A stretch of DNA of 64,000 nucleotides from Planctomycetota bacterium (GTDB lineage Bacteria; Planctomycetota; PLA2; JAEUHO01). The stretch is taken from positions 8,917 through 72,916 of the forward strand of contig JAJDEN010000056.1 in assembly GCA_029259775.1 (NCBI GenBank), given 5' to 3'. The number at the start of each line of letters is the position of its first letter. Positions within the stretch are counted from its first letter, which is position 1. Both the position numbers and the translations under genes were made by a program. The notes below the pieces were generated by a model. That model was not told the origin of the DNA. It worked only from the letters and a program-made list of their open reading frames with translations, and searched no databases. Shown piece by piece: positions 20,198 through 30,312 of the stretch.

Positions 20198-20838
20198 TCG
20201 TCGCCTTCTTTCTCGACTACCTGACGAAGGACCCCGTCTTCTACGTCAGTGCGGTCGTCGCGGTGGTGATCAGCATCACGCTGCACGAGCTGGGGCATGG
20301 GGTCGCGGCCCTGTGGCAGGGCGATACGACGCCACGCGATCTGGGCCACATGACCCTGAACCCGACGGTCCACATGCCGCCCTTCTCCTGGCTGCTGCTG
20401 TTCCTGGCGGGCATCTCCTACGGGCTGATGCCCGTCAACCCGCGCCGCTTCCGCAGCCGCTTCGGCGACGCGCTCGTCTCGGCGGCCGGCCCCGCCGTGA
20501 ACCTCGTGCTGAGCCTCGTGGGGCTCACCGTCTGGGCGCTCTGGATCCGCTTTGCCGGCGCTCCGCTGGAGGGCACGGTCGCCAACCTCCAGCGCTTCTT
20601 CCTCATCCTCGGGGCGTTCAACCTCGTTCTGGCCGTCTTCAACATGCTCCCCGTGCCGCCGCTGGACGGGAGCACGGTGCTGGCCAGCTTCAGCCCGCGC
20701 TTTCGTCGCTTCACCAGCAATCCGAACAACCAGCCGTTCTTCATGGGCGCGTTCCTGCTCGTATTCTTCTTCGCGGACCGGATCTGGACGCTGGCCTACA
20801 AGGTGGCCGGCGCCTGGTTCCGATTGCTGAACGGCTGA
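20194..20838 (+). CDS. Site-2 protease (peptidase M50 family)
   Basis: HELGH zinc motif, TLNP..H, SAAGPAVN, FNMLPVPPLDG. Confidence 0.93.
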   Translation: MIVAFFLDYLTKDPVFYVSAVVAVVISITLHELGHGVAALWQGDTTPRDLGHMTLNPTVHMPPFSWLLLFLAGISYGLMPVNPRRFRSRFGDALVSAAGPAVNLVLSLVGLTVWALWIRFAGAPLEGTVANLQRFFLILGAFNLVLAVFNMLPVPPLDGSTVLASFSPRFRRFTSNPNNQPFFMGAFLLVFFFADRIWTLAYKVAGAWFRLLNG

Positions 20839-20846
20839 ACGGACTC

Positions 20847-22310
20847 ATGCGCCGCCCCCTCATCGCACTGACCCTCGCCGCGCTCTGCGCCGCCGCATGG
20901 TGGATCGTGAAGCCCTCCGGCGAGGGCGCGGGCTTGGTCGTCCACCTCGAGGTCGTGGATGAGGACGGCAAGCCGCTCCAGCGCGCGCAGGTCGAGCGGG
21001 TCTTCGAGAACCAGCGCGTGACGCTGGACGCGAGCGGCAAGGCGCTGCTCGTGAATGTCGTCCTCCGCGAGCTGGACGAGCCGTCCGCGACGTCCATTGC
21101 CCGCGCCGTACGGGTCCACGCCCCCTACCACGCGCTGCGCCGGGGCCTGCTGCCGAGCATCAAACGCCGGGACGACGGCGGCTGGGACATGCGCATGCAG
21201 ATGCATGCCCACGGCGTGTTCCGGATCTACGTCGATCAGACCCACCACGGCGCCTGCAAGGCCTTCCTCGAGCCCGACCGCCAGCTGAGGCGCTTCGAGC
21301 CGATCGAGGGCCGCCAAGTCGCGCGCGACAAGTCGCCGGCCGCCTACCGCGTCTACCGCGGCATCGAGAAGCTCGTCGTACGTGTGGAGGGCGTCGCCGA
21401 CAAGGACGGGGCCGTCGGTGTCGCGACGCGCAAGCACGTCTTCGACGCACCGCCGCTAGGCCACGTGGTCGAGCAGGTCATCAAGCCCGAAGGCGTGAAG
21501 CAGATCCTCGGCCAGGTGAGGGTGAAGGAGGGCGCGACGCCGCCGTCGCTCGCCGGCAAGGTCACGGTCATCCAGCTCGAAGACGATGGCGGCCGCGTTC
21601 CGCTCGGCGTCGTGACCGTGCGCGACGACGGCAGCTTCATTGCCCGCCGCACGGGTGAGGGCACCTACGAGCTGCAGGCCGACCTCGACTTCTTCCCGGG
21701 CATCACGACGACGAAGGTACTCGGCGGCGCGTTGTTCGATCTGGTGCCGTCGGAGCCTGCGGCGTTCGTGGTGCTGGAGCATCCGGGGCTCGACACGCGG
21801 TTGCGCAAGGCGTTCTTCCTGCTCAAGCAGACGGCCGACGCCCCAGGCACCTTTGGCCACCCACACCACCCCTCGTTTGGCGATGGACAGACCACCATCG
21901 CGCTGCACGCCCCGGGCAAGTTCCACGTGGGCATGCACGTTCACGGCACCAAGGCTCACCCGCCGCTGGCTGGGGGCGTCTCGGTCGACGCCACGAGCGG
22001 CACGGCCCGCGCACGCGTCGAGCTCGCTGAGCAACCGCACGGCACCCTCGTCATCAAGACGACGAGCGGCAGTTGGAGCAACGTGCGCGGTGCCACAGCG
22101 AACCTCGGACCGCGAACGGCGACCCTGATGCGCAGCCTGCGCGAGACCGTGACATTCGAGAACGTCAGCGTTGGCGCGAGCATCGTGTTCGTCCGATGGG
22201 ACGACAAGGAGGAACCCGACGGCCTGACCTACTTGATCAAGGCGGGTGAGACGACGACGGTGATCTTCGACCGCGCCCCCAAGACCAGTTCGTCGAAAGA
22301 CATGAAGTAG
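20847..22310 (+). CDS. Hypothetical membrane-anchored protein with beta-sandwich-like domains
   Basis: N-terminal TM/signal; VVDEDGKPL and DDGSF..GEGTYELQA resemble carboxypeptidase-regulatory-like strands. Confidence 0.6.
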   Translation: MRRPLIALTLAALCAAAWWIVKPSGEGAGLVVHLEVVDEDGKPLQRAQVERVFENQRVTLDASGKALLVNVVLRELDEPSATSIARAVRVHAPYHALRRGLLPSIKRRDDGGWDMRMQMHAHGVFRIYVDQTHHGACKAFLEPDRQLRRFEPIEGRQVARDKSPAAYRVYRGIEKLVVRVEGVADKDGAVGVATRKHVFDAPPLGHVVEQVIKPEGVKQILGQVRVKEGATPPSLAGKVTVIQLEDDGGRVPLGVVTVRDDGSFIARRTGEGTYELQADLDFFPGITTTKVLGGALFDLVPSEPAAFVVLEHPGLDTRLRKAFFLLKQTADAPGTFGHPHHPSFGDGQTTIALHAPGKFHVGMHVHGTKAHPPLAGGVSVDATSGTARARVELAEQPHGTLVIKTTSGSWSNVRGATANLGPRTATLMRSLRETVTFENVSVGASIVFVRWDDKEEPDGLTYLIKAGETTTVIFDRAPKTSSSKDMK

Positions 22311-22313
22311 CCG

Positions 22314-24695
22314 GTGGGCGCCGAGGCCCCCACCCGTTCGTCGCCCTACGCGCGCCTGCTGGCGCTCTCGTTCCTCACCGGTGCAGCCGTCATGGCTGCC
22401 GAGTTGGCAGCCCCCAGGCTCACGGCGCCGCACCTGGGCGCCGGCATGCTGAGCTGGAGCGCGATCTTCGGCGTGTTCCTCGCGGGGCTCGCCATCGGCA
22501 ACATGGTCGGCGGCCGGCTCGCCGATCGCGGCAGGCGGCGCACGCTGCCCGCGATGTTCGCCGCCGCCGGCTTGCTGATCGCCCTGGCGATCCCGCTCGA
22601 CGCGTGGATGCGCGGCGGCGGCCTCTCCGGTCTCCCCCACGGCTTGCGCATCTTGGTCGCCACGGCCATCGCCTTCGGGCCGGGCGCGATCGGCTGCGGC
22701 CTCATCGGCCCGGCGCTCGGTCGTGCGGTGCTTGCCGCGTCGGACCGTCCGGGGCGCGCGCTGGGCATGATCGGCGCGGCAAGCGCGATCGGCAGCGTGT
22801 TCGGCACCTTCATCACGGGCTTCCTGCTCGTGCCGCATGTCGGCACCCGGCTCATCTACCTGGGCGCGGGCGCCCTGCTGCTCTGCTGCGTCCCGATGGC
22901 CGCGACGCTCAGGCCCGCGGCGCGGAAGAAGTACGAGGGCTCGCCCGCCGTCATCCCGCGCGGCTGGGTCCTGCTCGCCGCGCTTGCAGGTGCTTCGTTG
23001 CTCGTCGTCGAGGTGATCGCCGCGCGCGTCGCCGCCAACCGACTCGGCACGTCCGTCTACACCTGGACGTCGGTCATCGGGGTCGTGCTCATTGCCCTGG
23101 GGGTCGGCAACGCCATCGGCGGCCGCCTGGCCGACCGCTACGAGCCGCGCGCTTTGCTCGGCAAGCTGCTGCTCGCGTCGTCAGCCTGCGTCGCGTCGTG
23201 CCTCTGGTCGCCAGCGCTCATGACCTACGCGGCGGGCCTCGACATGGCCTGGAGCCTGCGCACGCTCGTGGCCGTGGCGGCGGGCTTCTTCCTACCGGCG
23301 CTCGCGATAGGCACACTGACGCCCGTCGTCATCAACACCGCCCTCACCGACCCGGCGGTCGACGGTCGGACTGTGGGCAAGCTCTACGCGATCGGCACCT
23401 GGGGCGCCGTCCTCGGCAGCGTGCTGACGGGCTTCGTGCTCATCCCCCTGCTGCAGGTACCGCTGCTGATCGTCGTGCTGGCCCTGGGGCTCGCCGTCGC
23501 TTCGGCGCGGCTCGCGGAACGGATGGAGTTGCCCTGGCTCGGCGCGCTCGTGGTCGTAGGGCTGCTGATCGCCCTGCCGTTTGACTTCGTCCGCGACCTG
23601 GGCCTGCGCATCGGCATCCGCGAGGACCGGCCGGGCACCTACGTGGAGGACAGCCGCTACTTCCACATCGGCGTCGAGGATCACGATGTGCGCTGGGTCC
23701 GCTTGCGCGAGCCGATGGACTACCGCTACGTCAGCAACGACCCCGTGCTGCGGGAGCAGCTCTCGTTCGACCGGGAGCGCCGGCTCATGTACTGGCGCGG
23801 CGCGATGAGCAAGAAGCAGCTGGCGCAGCTCGTCTCGGGCATCCAGGAAGTGGGCAACCGCGAGGCCGCGCGCGAACTCCACGACCGGACCACGCACGAG
23901 GTGAAGCTGCTGAGCCTCGATCGCTTCGTGCACGGCTTCGTCGATCTGCAGGACCCGCGCTGGCTCGAGTACGAGTACGAGATCCTGACCGGCGCGCTCG
24001 TGCGAGAGCTCTACCCAAAGGGCGCGCGCCACGTGCACGCGTTCTTCATCGGCGGGGGCGCCTACACGTTCCAGCGGCGGCTGCAGAGCCTCTATCCCAG
24101 CAACCTCACGATGTTCACGGCCGAGATCGATCCGGCCGTGACGCGTGTGGCCGAGCAGCACCTGGGCTTCCGCCAGGGCGCGGGGCACCGGGTGCTGCAC
24201 GAGGATGCGCGCACGGTCCTACGCAAGTTCGAGGGCAAGCCCTGGGGCTTCGATCTCGTGTTCGGCGACGCCTTCCACGATCTGGGGGTGCCGTGGCACC
24301 TGACGACCCAAGAGTTCGCGCGCCAGGTCAAGGCGCGCATGGCCAAGGACGGCGTCTACCTCGTCAACATGATCGACACGTTGGAGAACGGGCGCTTCCT
24401 CGCGTCCTTCGCCGGCACCCTCGACAGCGTGTTCGAGAACGTGCGCGTGCTGCACATGGCCGGCACGGCGCCCAGCACGCAGGAGACCTTCCTGCTCATC
24501 GCTTCCGACGCGGTGCTCACGTGGGGACCGCTGAAGGACGATGCGGGCCGAGCGCTCGACGTCCTGGAGGTCTCCGCCAAGACGCTGATCGGCCTGGAGC
24601 CCCAGATGCTCACGGACGATCACGCGCCGGTCGAAGACCTGCTTGCCCCCGTCGTTCGCAAGCGCGCGGACGGCGGGATCAGGAAGCGGCGGTAG
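22314..24695 (+). CDS. Fused membrane domain / spermidine synthase-like methyltransferase
   Basis: Two copies of the membrane repeat (...GN.xGGRLADR) and C-terminal FIGGGAYT, EIDPAV, DAR, DAF..HLTT.EF, LTDDHAPVE. Confidence 0.88.
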   Translation: MGAEAPTRSSPYARLLALSFLTGAAVMAAELAAPRLTAPHLGAGMLSWSAIFGVFLAGLAIGNMVGGRLADRGRRRTLPAMFAAAGLLIALAIPLDAWMRGGGLSGLPHGLRILVATAIAFGPGAIGCGLIGPALGRAVLAASDRPGRALGMIGAASAIGSVFGTFITGFLLVPHVGTRLIYLGAGALLLCCVPMAATLRPAARKKYEGSPAVIPRGWVLLAALAGASLLVVEVIAARVAANRLGTSVYTWTSVIGVVLIALGVGNAIGGRLADRYEPRALLGKLLLASSACVASCLWSPALMTYAAGLDMAWSLRTLVAVAAGFFLPALAIGTLTPVVINTALTDPAVDGRTVGKLYAIGTWGAVLGSVLTGFVLIPLLQVPLLIVVLALGLAVASARLAERMELPWLGALVVVGLLIALPFDFVRDLGLRIGIREDRPGTYVEDSRYFHIGVEDHDVRWVRLREPMDYRYVSNDPVLREQLSFDRERRLMYWRGAMSKKQLAQLVSGIQEVGNREAARELHDRTTHEVKLLSLDRFVHGFVDLQDPRWLEYEYEILTGALVRELYPKGARHVHAFFIGGGAYTFQRRLQSLYPSNLTMFTAEIDPAVTRVAEQHLGFRQGAGHRVLHEDARTVLRKFEGKPWGFDLVFGDAFHDLGVPWHLTTQEFARQVKARMAKDGVYLVNMIDTLENGRFLASFAGTLDSVFENVRVLHMAGTAPSTQETFLLIASDAVLTWGPLKDDAGRALDVLEVSAKTLIGLEPQMLTDDHAPVEDLLAPVVRKRADGGIRKRR

Positions 24696-24776
24696 TCGCT
24701 GGTTGTCGAGGGCGGCCAACCAGTCGCCCTCACGGGCTCCTTCAGGCCGCCCCTACCGTGATCCGGCGTAGCCGGA

Positions 24777-25265
24777 TCACTTGTGGTCGTGGCCGTGGCC
24801 TTTGGCATCGGCCTTCTGCTCGCCGGCATAGACCTTGTGGAAGGCGATGATCGCGGCCTTGAGGGCGTCGGCGTTCTTCGTGTCGACGCTCTGCTTGCAC
24901 TTCATCGCGGCGGTCATGACGGCGTGCGCCGTGGTGAGGCGCTGCACGTAGTCCGACTGCGAGGTCTTGATGCGTTGCGTCATGAAGTACTGCGCGATGA
25001 TGTGCTGCGTGTTGGTCGCGTGGGTCTCCTTCGTGTTGACCCAGCGCACGGCCTGGTTGAGCGACTGCGCGTCGGTCGTGCCGGCGAGCTTCTCGATCTC
25101 TTCCATGGCCTTCTTCATCGTGGCCGTGTCCTCGAGCATCTGCTCGAAGCGTTGCTGGTCGGCGTAGATGCCGCACGGCACTTCGCAGTGCGCGTCGGCG
25201 ATGCGCATGTCGGAGAAGGGCAGGAAGCAGAAGACGGCGGCGGCGAGGGCGAAACGGGTCATCAC
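24777..25265 (-). CDS. sodN: Nickel superoxide dismutase with signal-peptide-like leader
   Basis: Ni-hook HCEVPCGIY after ADA; RWVNTKETHA, IIAQYFMTQRIK, AMKCKQ. Confidence 0.93.
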   Translation of the reverse strand: MMTRFALAAAVFCFLPFSDMRIADAHCEVPCGIYADQQRFEQMLEDTATMKKAMEEIEKLAGTTDAQSLNQAVRWVNTKETHATNTQHIIAQYFMTQRIKTSQSDYVQRLTTAHAVMTAAMKCKQSVDTKNADALKAAIIAFHKVYAGEQKADAKGHGHDHK

Positions 25266-25315
25266 GAGGCTCCTGGGGGGAATCGAGGGCGGGCCATGAT
25301 ATCCCTCTCCGGACC

Positions 25316-25567
25316 ATGCTCGCCTTCGAAGACGTTCCGCCCCCCCAACCGCTGACGACGGTCGCCCTGCTGGGGCTGGTGGTCCTTCTGTGGCTCTTCG
25401 CGCGGGTCCAGTTGCTGCGCCGCCAGCTCGCCCAGGGCAAGACGGAGGGGCCGGGTGTGACCAAGCTGGGGTTCCTGCACCGCCTGGCCACGTGGCCGGG
25501 AACGAACCTCCTCCTGATCGCCGGCGCCCTCGCCTCCGGCGCCCTGCTCTGGTGGAGCGTCCGGTAG
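25316..25567 (+). CDS. Small two-TM hypothetical protein
   Basis: Two hydrophobic segments; fills the gap between sodN and the next gene. Confidence 0.5.
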   Translation: MLAFEDVPPPQPLTTVALLGLVVLLWLFARVQLLRRQLAQGKTEGPGVTKLGFLHRLATWPGTNLLLIAGALASGALLWWSVR

Positions 25568-25607
25568 TTCTCGATCAAGAGAAGAGGACGAACCCACAAG
25601 GCGCGCG

Positions 25608-27503
25608 CTATTCGAGCAGGCGCGCCGCCACCACGAGGAAGTCGCTGTCCGTCAGGATGCCCGCGAGCTTGGTCCCCGTCACCACCGGGAGCGCACTGAG
25701 CTTCTCGTCGCGCATCAGCTTGATCGCGTCGAGGGTCGGGGTGTCCGGCGTCACCGTCGGCGGGTTCGCATGCATGATCTCGCCGATCTTCATGCCTTCC
25801 TCGCCGCCCCCCTTGCGCATCGCTGTCACGACATCGCTGAGCTCGAACATGCCGACCAGCTCGCCGTCCCCGTTCTCGACGGGGATGTGGCGGATGCGCT
25901 CCCAGCGCATCATCGCCTCGGCCAGCGTGACGGTGTCTTCCTCCTGCACGGTGATGAGGTCCGTGCTCATGACCTGACTGACCTTCATGTACGCCGTGCG
26001 CCGACGATTGCGGTCGGGCATCTGCGTCGGCTCCCACGTGTGCACGGGGCGGCCCGTCAGCTGACGCTCGAGGTAGTCACGCGTGATGCCCTGCAGCGCC
26101 TCGTCCTGCGGCACGACGCTGCGGAGGCGGTTGAAGCCGTCGATCATCCAGCGCGAGCCCGTACGTCCGCTGCTCACACGCTCGCCGATCAGGTCGAGCA
26201 GGCGGTTGATGTCACCTTCGTCGACGCCGGCCGAGCTCAGGCCCTTGGCCGCAAGGGGCAAGGCCATCAGGATCAGCTCGTCGGCGGCATGGGTCTGACC
26301 GTCGAGCCAATGCAGCGCAGCGCGCAAGCCGTTGCTCGCCGCGTTGTAGAAGTTCGCTTTGCAGTCGTGGAACGCCATCTTCTCGCCGACGTCGCCGTAT
26401 TCCTCGACGAGGCCGAGCGTGAGCCCGTAGAGCAGTGCTGCGTTCGCCATGCTGTCTGCCGCCGTGGGCCCGGCGGGCATCGGGCGGTTCTCGATGCGCA
26501 GATGCGGCACGCCGTCGGCCACGCCGTAGCAGGGGCGGTTCCAGCGGTAGATCGTGCCGTTGTGCAGCGCGAGCGACGTGAGCTTGGGAATGCCGCCTTC
26601 GTCGAGCACCTGGCCGGGCCGAGGCGCGTCGTCGTCGACCGGCAGCACGACGCGGAACCGCGAGACGTCGTCGCGAACCAGCTCGAGGATCCCGCCCTTG
26701 ACCCAGCGGTCGCCGAAGAACACACGCGGACGGCTGCCGCGACGCAGCTCGTGGTCGGTGCGCGTATCGACGCTCTGGCGGAAGAGGGCGATGCGCGTCT
26801 CCTCCCAGAGCCGGTGGCCGAGCAGGAGCGGCGAGTTGCCGCTGGCCGCCACGGAAAGGCCCGTGGCCACCTGCATGGCGTTGTAGACGCGGGCGAACTC
26901 CTCGGGCTCGACCTGCAGATGCAGCTGGAACGAGGTGTTGAAGGCTTCGAGCAGCACGTTGTCATGCGTGGCGTGCAGGGTGTCCGTGCCCCGGATGTGG
27001 ATACGGAACTCGCCCTTGCGCATCGCTGTGACGCGGTCGTTCAGCGCGCGGTAGCGCGGCTTCGGCGTCATGTAGTCGAGCGTGAGGTGCTCCCACCCGA
27101 GGGTGGGAAGGATGCCGATGGCCACGATGTTCACGCCATGACGGTGGGCGGCGCGGCGCACGGCACCGACGTGCTTGCGCAGATCGTTCTGGACTACGGT
27201 GAAGCAATCGCCCGTGAACTCACGCGGGGGCAGGGCAATCTCCACGTTGAAGAGCGCGAGCTCCGTCTGGTAGATCGTCCCGTCGCTCTTGAGATCCTCG
27301 AGAATCTCCATGGCGCGCGGGGCGGGCCGGCCGTTCTCGTCGATCAGGAAGAACTCCTGCTCGAGGCCCATGCGGCGGATGCCCTTCTCGAAGACATCCA
27401 TCTCGAGCATGCGCTCGAGCGCGTCGGCATCGGCGATCAGACGCTCCTCGAACCGGCGCATTTGCGCGGCGCTGGCTCCGGTGTCGAGGTCTTGGCGTCC
27501 CAT
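25608..27503 (-). CDS. Glutamate-cysteine ligase (GCS2-like) family protein fused to a C-terminal CBS pair
   Basis: GLEQEF, TELALFNVE, FQLHLQV, NSPLLLG..LWEETRI, HNGTIYRWNR, HLRIENR..PAGPT, followed by CBS motifs (IRHIPV, GILTDSDF). Confidence 0.87.
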   Translation of the reverse strand: MGRQDLDTGASAAQMRRFEERLIADADALERMLEMDVFEKGIRRMGLEQEFFLIDENGRPAPRAMEILEDLKSDGTIYQTELALFNVEIALPPREFTGDCFTVVQNDLRKHVGAVRRAAHRHGVNIVAIGILPTLGWEHLTLDYMTPKPRYRALNDRVTAMRKGEFRIHIRGTDTLHATHDNVLLEAFNTSFQLHLQVEPEEFARVYNAMQVATGLSVAASGNSPLLLGHRLWEETRIALFRQSVDTRTDHELRRGSRPRVFFGDRWVKGGILELVRDDVSRFRVVLPVDDDAPRPGQVLDEGGIPKLTSLALHNGTIYRWNRPCYGVADGVPHLRIENRPMPAGPTAADSMANAALLYGLTLGLVEEYGDVGEKMAFHDCKANFYNAASNGLRAALHWLDGQTHAADELILMALPLAAKGLSSAGVDEGDINRLLDLIGERVSSGRTGSRWMIDGFNRLRSVVPQDEALQGITRDYLERQLTGRPVHTWEPTQMPDRNRRRTAYMKVSQVMSTDLITVQEEDTVTLAEAMMRWERIRHIPVENGDGELVGMFELSDVVTAMRKGGGEEGMKIGEIMHANPPTVTPDTPTLDAIKLMRDEKLSALPVVTGTKLAGILTDSDFLVVAARLLE

Positions 27504-27603
27504 GGCGCCGCAGATGGTAGCGGCAAGCTGGCAGGCTAGGGAAGGTGACTCGCGTTCCGCCCCTTCATATCGTGGACACGATCGGCAGGCGGTTCGGTTC
27601 GCG

Positions 27604-29664
27604 TCAGGGCTTGAGCGCGGAGGCGGCCGACAGGGCCTTCGCGTCATTGGCGAGCGCCTCGAGCAGCTTGGTCCAGCGCGCGGCAGGCGCGTTTGTACGC
27701 TTGTAGGCCTGCGCGATGGCGACAGCCATCGCCGTACGCGTCGCCGACGGGTCCTGCGGCACGCGCTGGGAGGTCTCGACCTTGTGTTGGGGTTGCAGGA
27801 CGCGCTGCACGAGCACCTTCTCCAGCACGCCCGGCTTGGCATCCGCAGGCGCGAGCTCCGCCCACGCGCTCACGAGCTCGGCCAGGACGTTGGTCGAGCG
27901 GCGCCAGTCGCTGTAGCGCATGCCGTCGCTCATCACCTTGTCCTCGTAGTACTGGGTCCAGGCCTCGATGCCCTTGGCCAGCGCGCTGAGCCCCTCGACG
28001 TCCTTGAGGGCAACCAGCGCGGCCGCGCACGCGCGGGCGACCATGCTCTGCTCCTTGGTCGCGGGGAGGGCGACCGCCTTGCGGACAGCGCTAGCACCCG
28101 CGACATCGCCCAGCTCGCCGAGCGCGCGCGCGGCGTAGGCCCGGCCGTCGAACGGCACGCCGCCGCTACCGAGCACCTTGGCCAGGCCGGCCACGGCACC
28201 CTCCGGTTTCTGCTCCAAGAGCGGACCGAGCGCCGCGAGGGCACGCCCCCCACCGAGGCGCAGATGCCCCAACCAGGTCTTGAGCGACGGCTTCGCCCCG
28301 CTGATCTCGGCCATCGGATCGCCAAGGTAGGTGCTCTCGTCCTTGGTCACCTTGCCCGCGAACGAGGAGCGCGGCCAGGCGTGCTTGTACTTCTTGTCGT
28401 AGCGCCGGCGGGGCTCGAAGAACTCGAACAGCTCGAGTTGCACGGATCCGGGGAAGCCGTGGCCGACGCCGTCGAGCTCCGTGTACACGAAGTCGTGATC
28501 CGTCCCGAGCAGCTGCTTCGCGAGGTTGCGGTCGGAGGACGGGCCGACGACCTTGTCATCCGCACCGTGGAAGATGAACACCGGCGTTCTCGTCGAGACG
28601 AGCTTGCCGATGCTCCCGCCCCCCCCGGCCATGGGTGAGATCGCAGCGAGGTCCTCCGCCAGACGCGGACCGAGTCCCCACGTGCCGAAGCCCCCCATCG
28701 AGTGGCCCGTCAGGTAGATGCGGTCGATGTCGACGTGGTAGAGCAACCGCAGCTCGGTGATGAGATCCCGAATGTAGTCTTCGTTGACCTTGCTCGGCCA
28801 GCCCGCGCGCAGCCCCGTCGGACACGCGACGATGTAGCCATAGCGACCCGCGTGCTGCCGGTAGAAGTTCATTGCGGACGGACCGCTGCCGACGACCTCG
28901 TCGCCTGCCTTGCCGTCCGGACCGCCGCCGTGCAGCCCGATCATCAGCGGCCACGGCCTGGACGGCGTGTAGTCCTTGGGTACGAAGAGCGTGTACACGG
29001 CGCCGACGTGCTGATCGGAGCGGTAGCTGAGCGGACGATCCTCCTGGTAGCCGGTCGGCTGGAACTTCGAGCGTCGCCAGCGCTCGAGCTCGAAGGGCTT
29101 CGCCTTGAACAGCTTCGTCTTGAGCGACTTCTGCAGGCTGACGCGCTGGGCGGGATCGTCCTCGGCGACGTAGCGCTCGAGCATGCCCTGCAGTTCCTTG
29201 TCGAGCAGCGGGTTGCCCTTGCGCGCGCTGTCCCACTTGCCACGTCCCCCGATGCCCTTGATGGCTTCGGCGTGCGTTTCGTCCAGCGCGAGAGCCTGGG
29301 CGAAGCACATGTGGGCGGCTGCCTTGAGCTTGTGGCTCTTCGCGTAGCCTCCGACCGCGCTGAACTCGTCCGCCGTCTTCGCTTTCTTCCAGCGGCGCCA
29401 CACCTCGACCTCGGGGTGCGGCCGCTCCTCGACCTTCTTGACCCTGCCCACGGGCAGGCGGATGAGGTGCTCCGGATTCACGACCCCCGGGTTGCGCGAC
29501 CAGTAGATGTTGAAGACGACCTCGGCGTCGGTCTTCTTGACGATCGCGCCGCGTACGGCCTTGCCGCTTTTGGGCGCGAGCACGTCGGCCGCGGTCACGG
29601 GCACGAGGCAGAGAGTCCCCAGGACGGCCAGCGCGATGGGTAGCAGAATGCGACGGTCGGGCAT
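27604..29664 (-). CDS. Exported alpha/beta hydrolase (esterase/peptidase) with C-terminal HEAT-like repeats
   Basis: Signal peptide, PLMIGLHGGG, nucleophile GHSMGG, FHGADD and GVGH triad motifs, AARALGELGD repeat. Start at 29664; the 1856-aa ORF is spuriously extended upstream. Confidence 0.82.
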   Translation of the reverse strand: MPDRRILLPIALAVLGTLCLVPVTAADVLAPKSGKAVRGAIVKKTDAEVVFNIYWSRNPGVVNPEHLIRLPVGRVKKVEERPHPEVEVWRRWKKAKTADEFSAVGGYAKSHKLKAAAHMCFAQALALDETHAEAIKGIGGRGKWDSARKGNPLLDKELQGMLERYVAEDDPAQRVSLQKSLKTKLFKAKPFELERWRRSKFQPTGYQEDRPLSYRSDQHVGAVYTLFVPKDYTPSRPWPLMIGLHGGGPDGKAGDEVVGSGPSAMNFYRQHAGRYGYIVACPTGLRAGWPSKVNEDYIRDLITELRLLYHVDIDRIYLTGHSMGGFGTWGLGPRLAEDLAAISPMAGGGGSIGKLVSTRTPVFIFHGADDKVVGPSSDRNLAKQLLGTDHDFVYTELDGVGHGFPGSVQLELFEFFEPRRRYDKKYKHAWPRSSFAGKVTKDESTYLGDPMAEISGAKPSLKTWLGHLRLGGGRALAALGPLLEQKPEGAVAGLAKVLGSGGVPFDGRAYAARALGELGDVAGASAVRKAVALPATKEQSMVARACAAALVALKDVEGLSALAKGIEAWTQYYEDKVMSDGMRYSDWRRSTNVLAELVSAWAELAPADAKPGVLEKVLVQRVLQPQHKVETSQRVPQDPSATRTAMAVAIAQAYKRTNAPAARWTKLLEALANDAKALSAASALKP

Positions 29665-29721
29665 CGGGTCCGATCCTAGCTTCGGGACAACCAGCGGGAC
29701 GGCGGTATCCTCCGAGGCGTC

Positions 29722-30144
29722 ATGGCACTCTTCGAGAAGCACCCCCCGAGGATCCTCTTCCGCGCGGTCATCCTGATCGGCTGCGCGGCCCTTTTGCTGG
29801 GCGTCACGGGCATCTTCTACTTCGGCGTCCCCGGGCGCGAGACCCCGCCGGACCCTGCCAACGACTCGGCCGTGGTGCTCCTGGGCCTCGAGAACCCGGC
29901 GCGTGTCCACGTGCAGGCGACGTGGACGGCCGACGATGGCTCGGGTACCTCGGAGCTCGGCCGACGCGGACTGGACCCCATGACCTGGCACTTCACGAAC
30001 GCCCCGGAGGGCGTGGCCCTGACCATCGAGGTCTACCGCTTCGAAGGCGGCAAGCGGAGCGTCCTGAGGCAGCAGCGAGCCGTCCTCACGCGCGGTGCGG
30101 GCTTCCAGGTCAGCGTGGACGACACCGAGCGCGCGGGCGGCTAG
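29722..30144 (+). CDS. Hypothetical membrane-anchored protein
   Basis: GAGG RBS, N-terminal TM helix. Confidence 0.55.
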   Translation: MALFEKHPPRILFRAVILIGCAALLLGVTGIFYFGVPGRETPPDPANDSAVVLLGLENPARVHVQATWTADDGSGTSELGRRGLDPMTWHFTNAPEGVALTIEVYRFEGGKRSVLRQQRAVLTRGAGFQVSVDDTERAGG

Positions 30145-30312
30145 CGCCTGGCCACAGGGAGCGGCGCCCATCCGTTCCAGGATGCGACGCGCCTCCGAGA
30201 CGACGGCCGCATCGCTGTCGGCCGCTGCCCCGCACCGGGCGCGGGCCGTGTCGTTCTCACCGCTCCGACGGTCGCGCCGCGGCCGAGGTTTCGCGCGTAG
30301 GCTCTGCTCACG

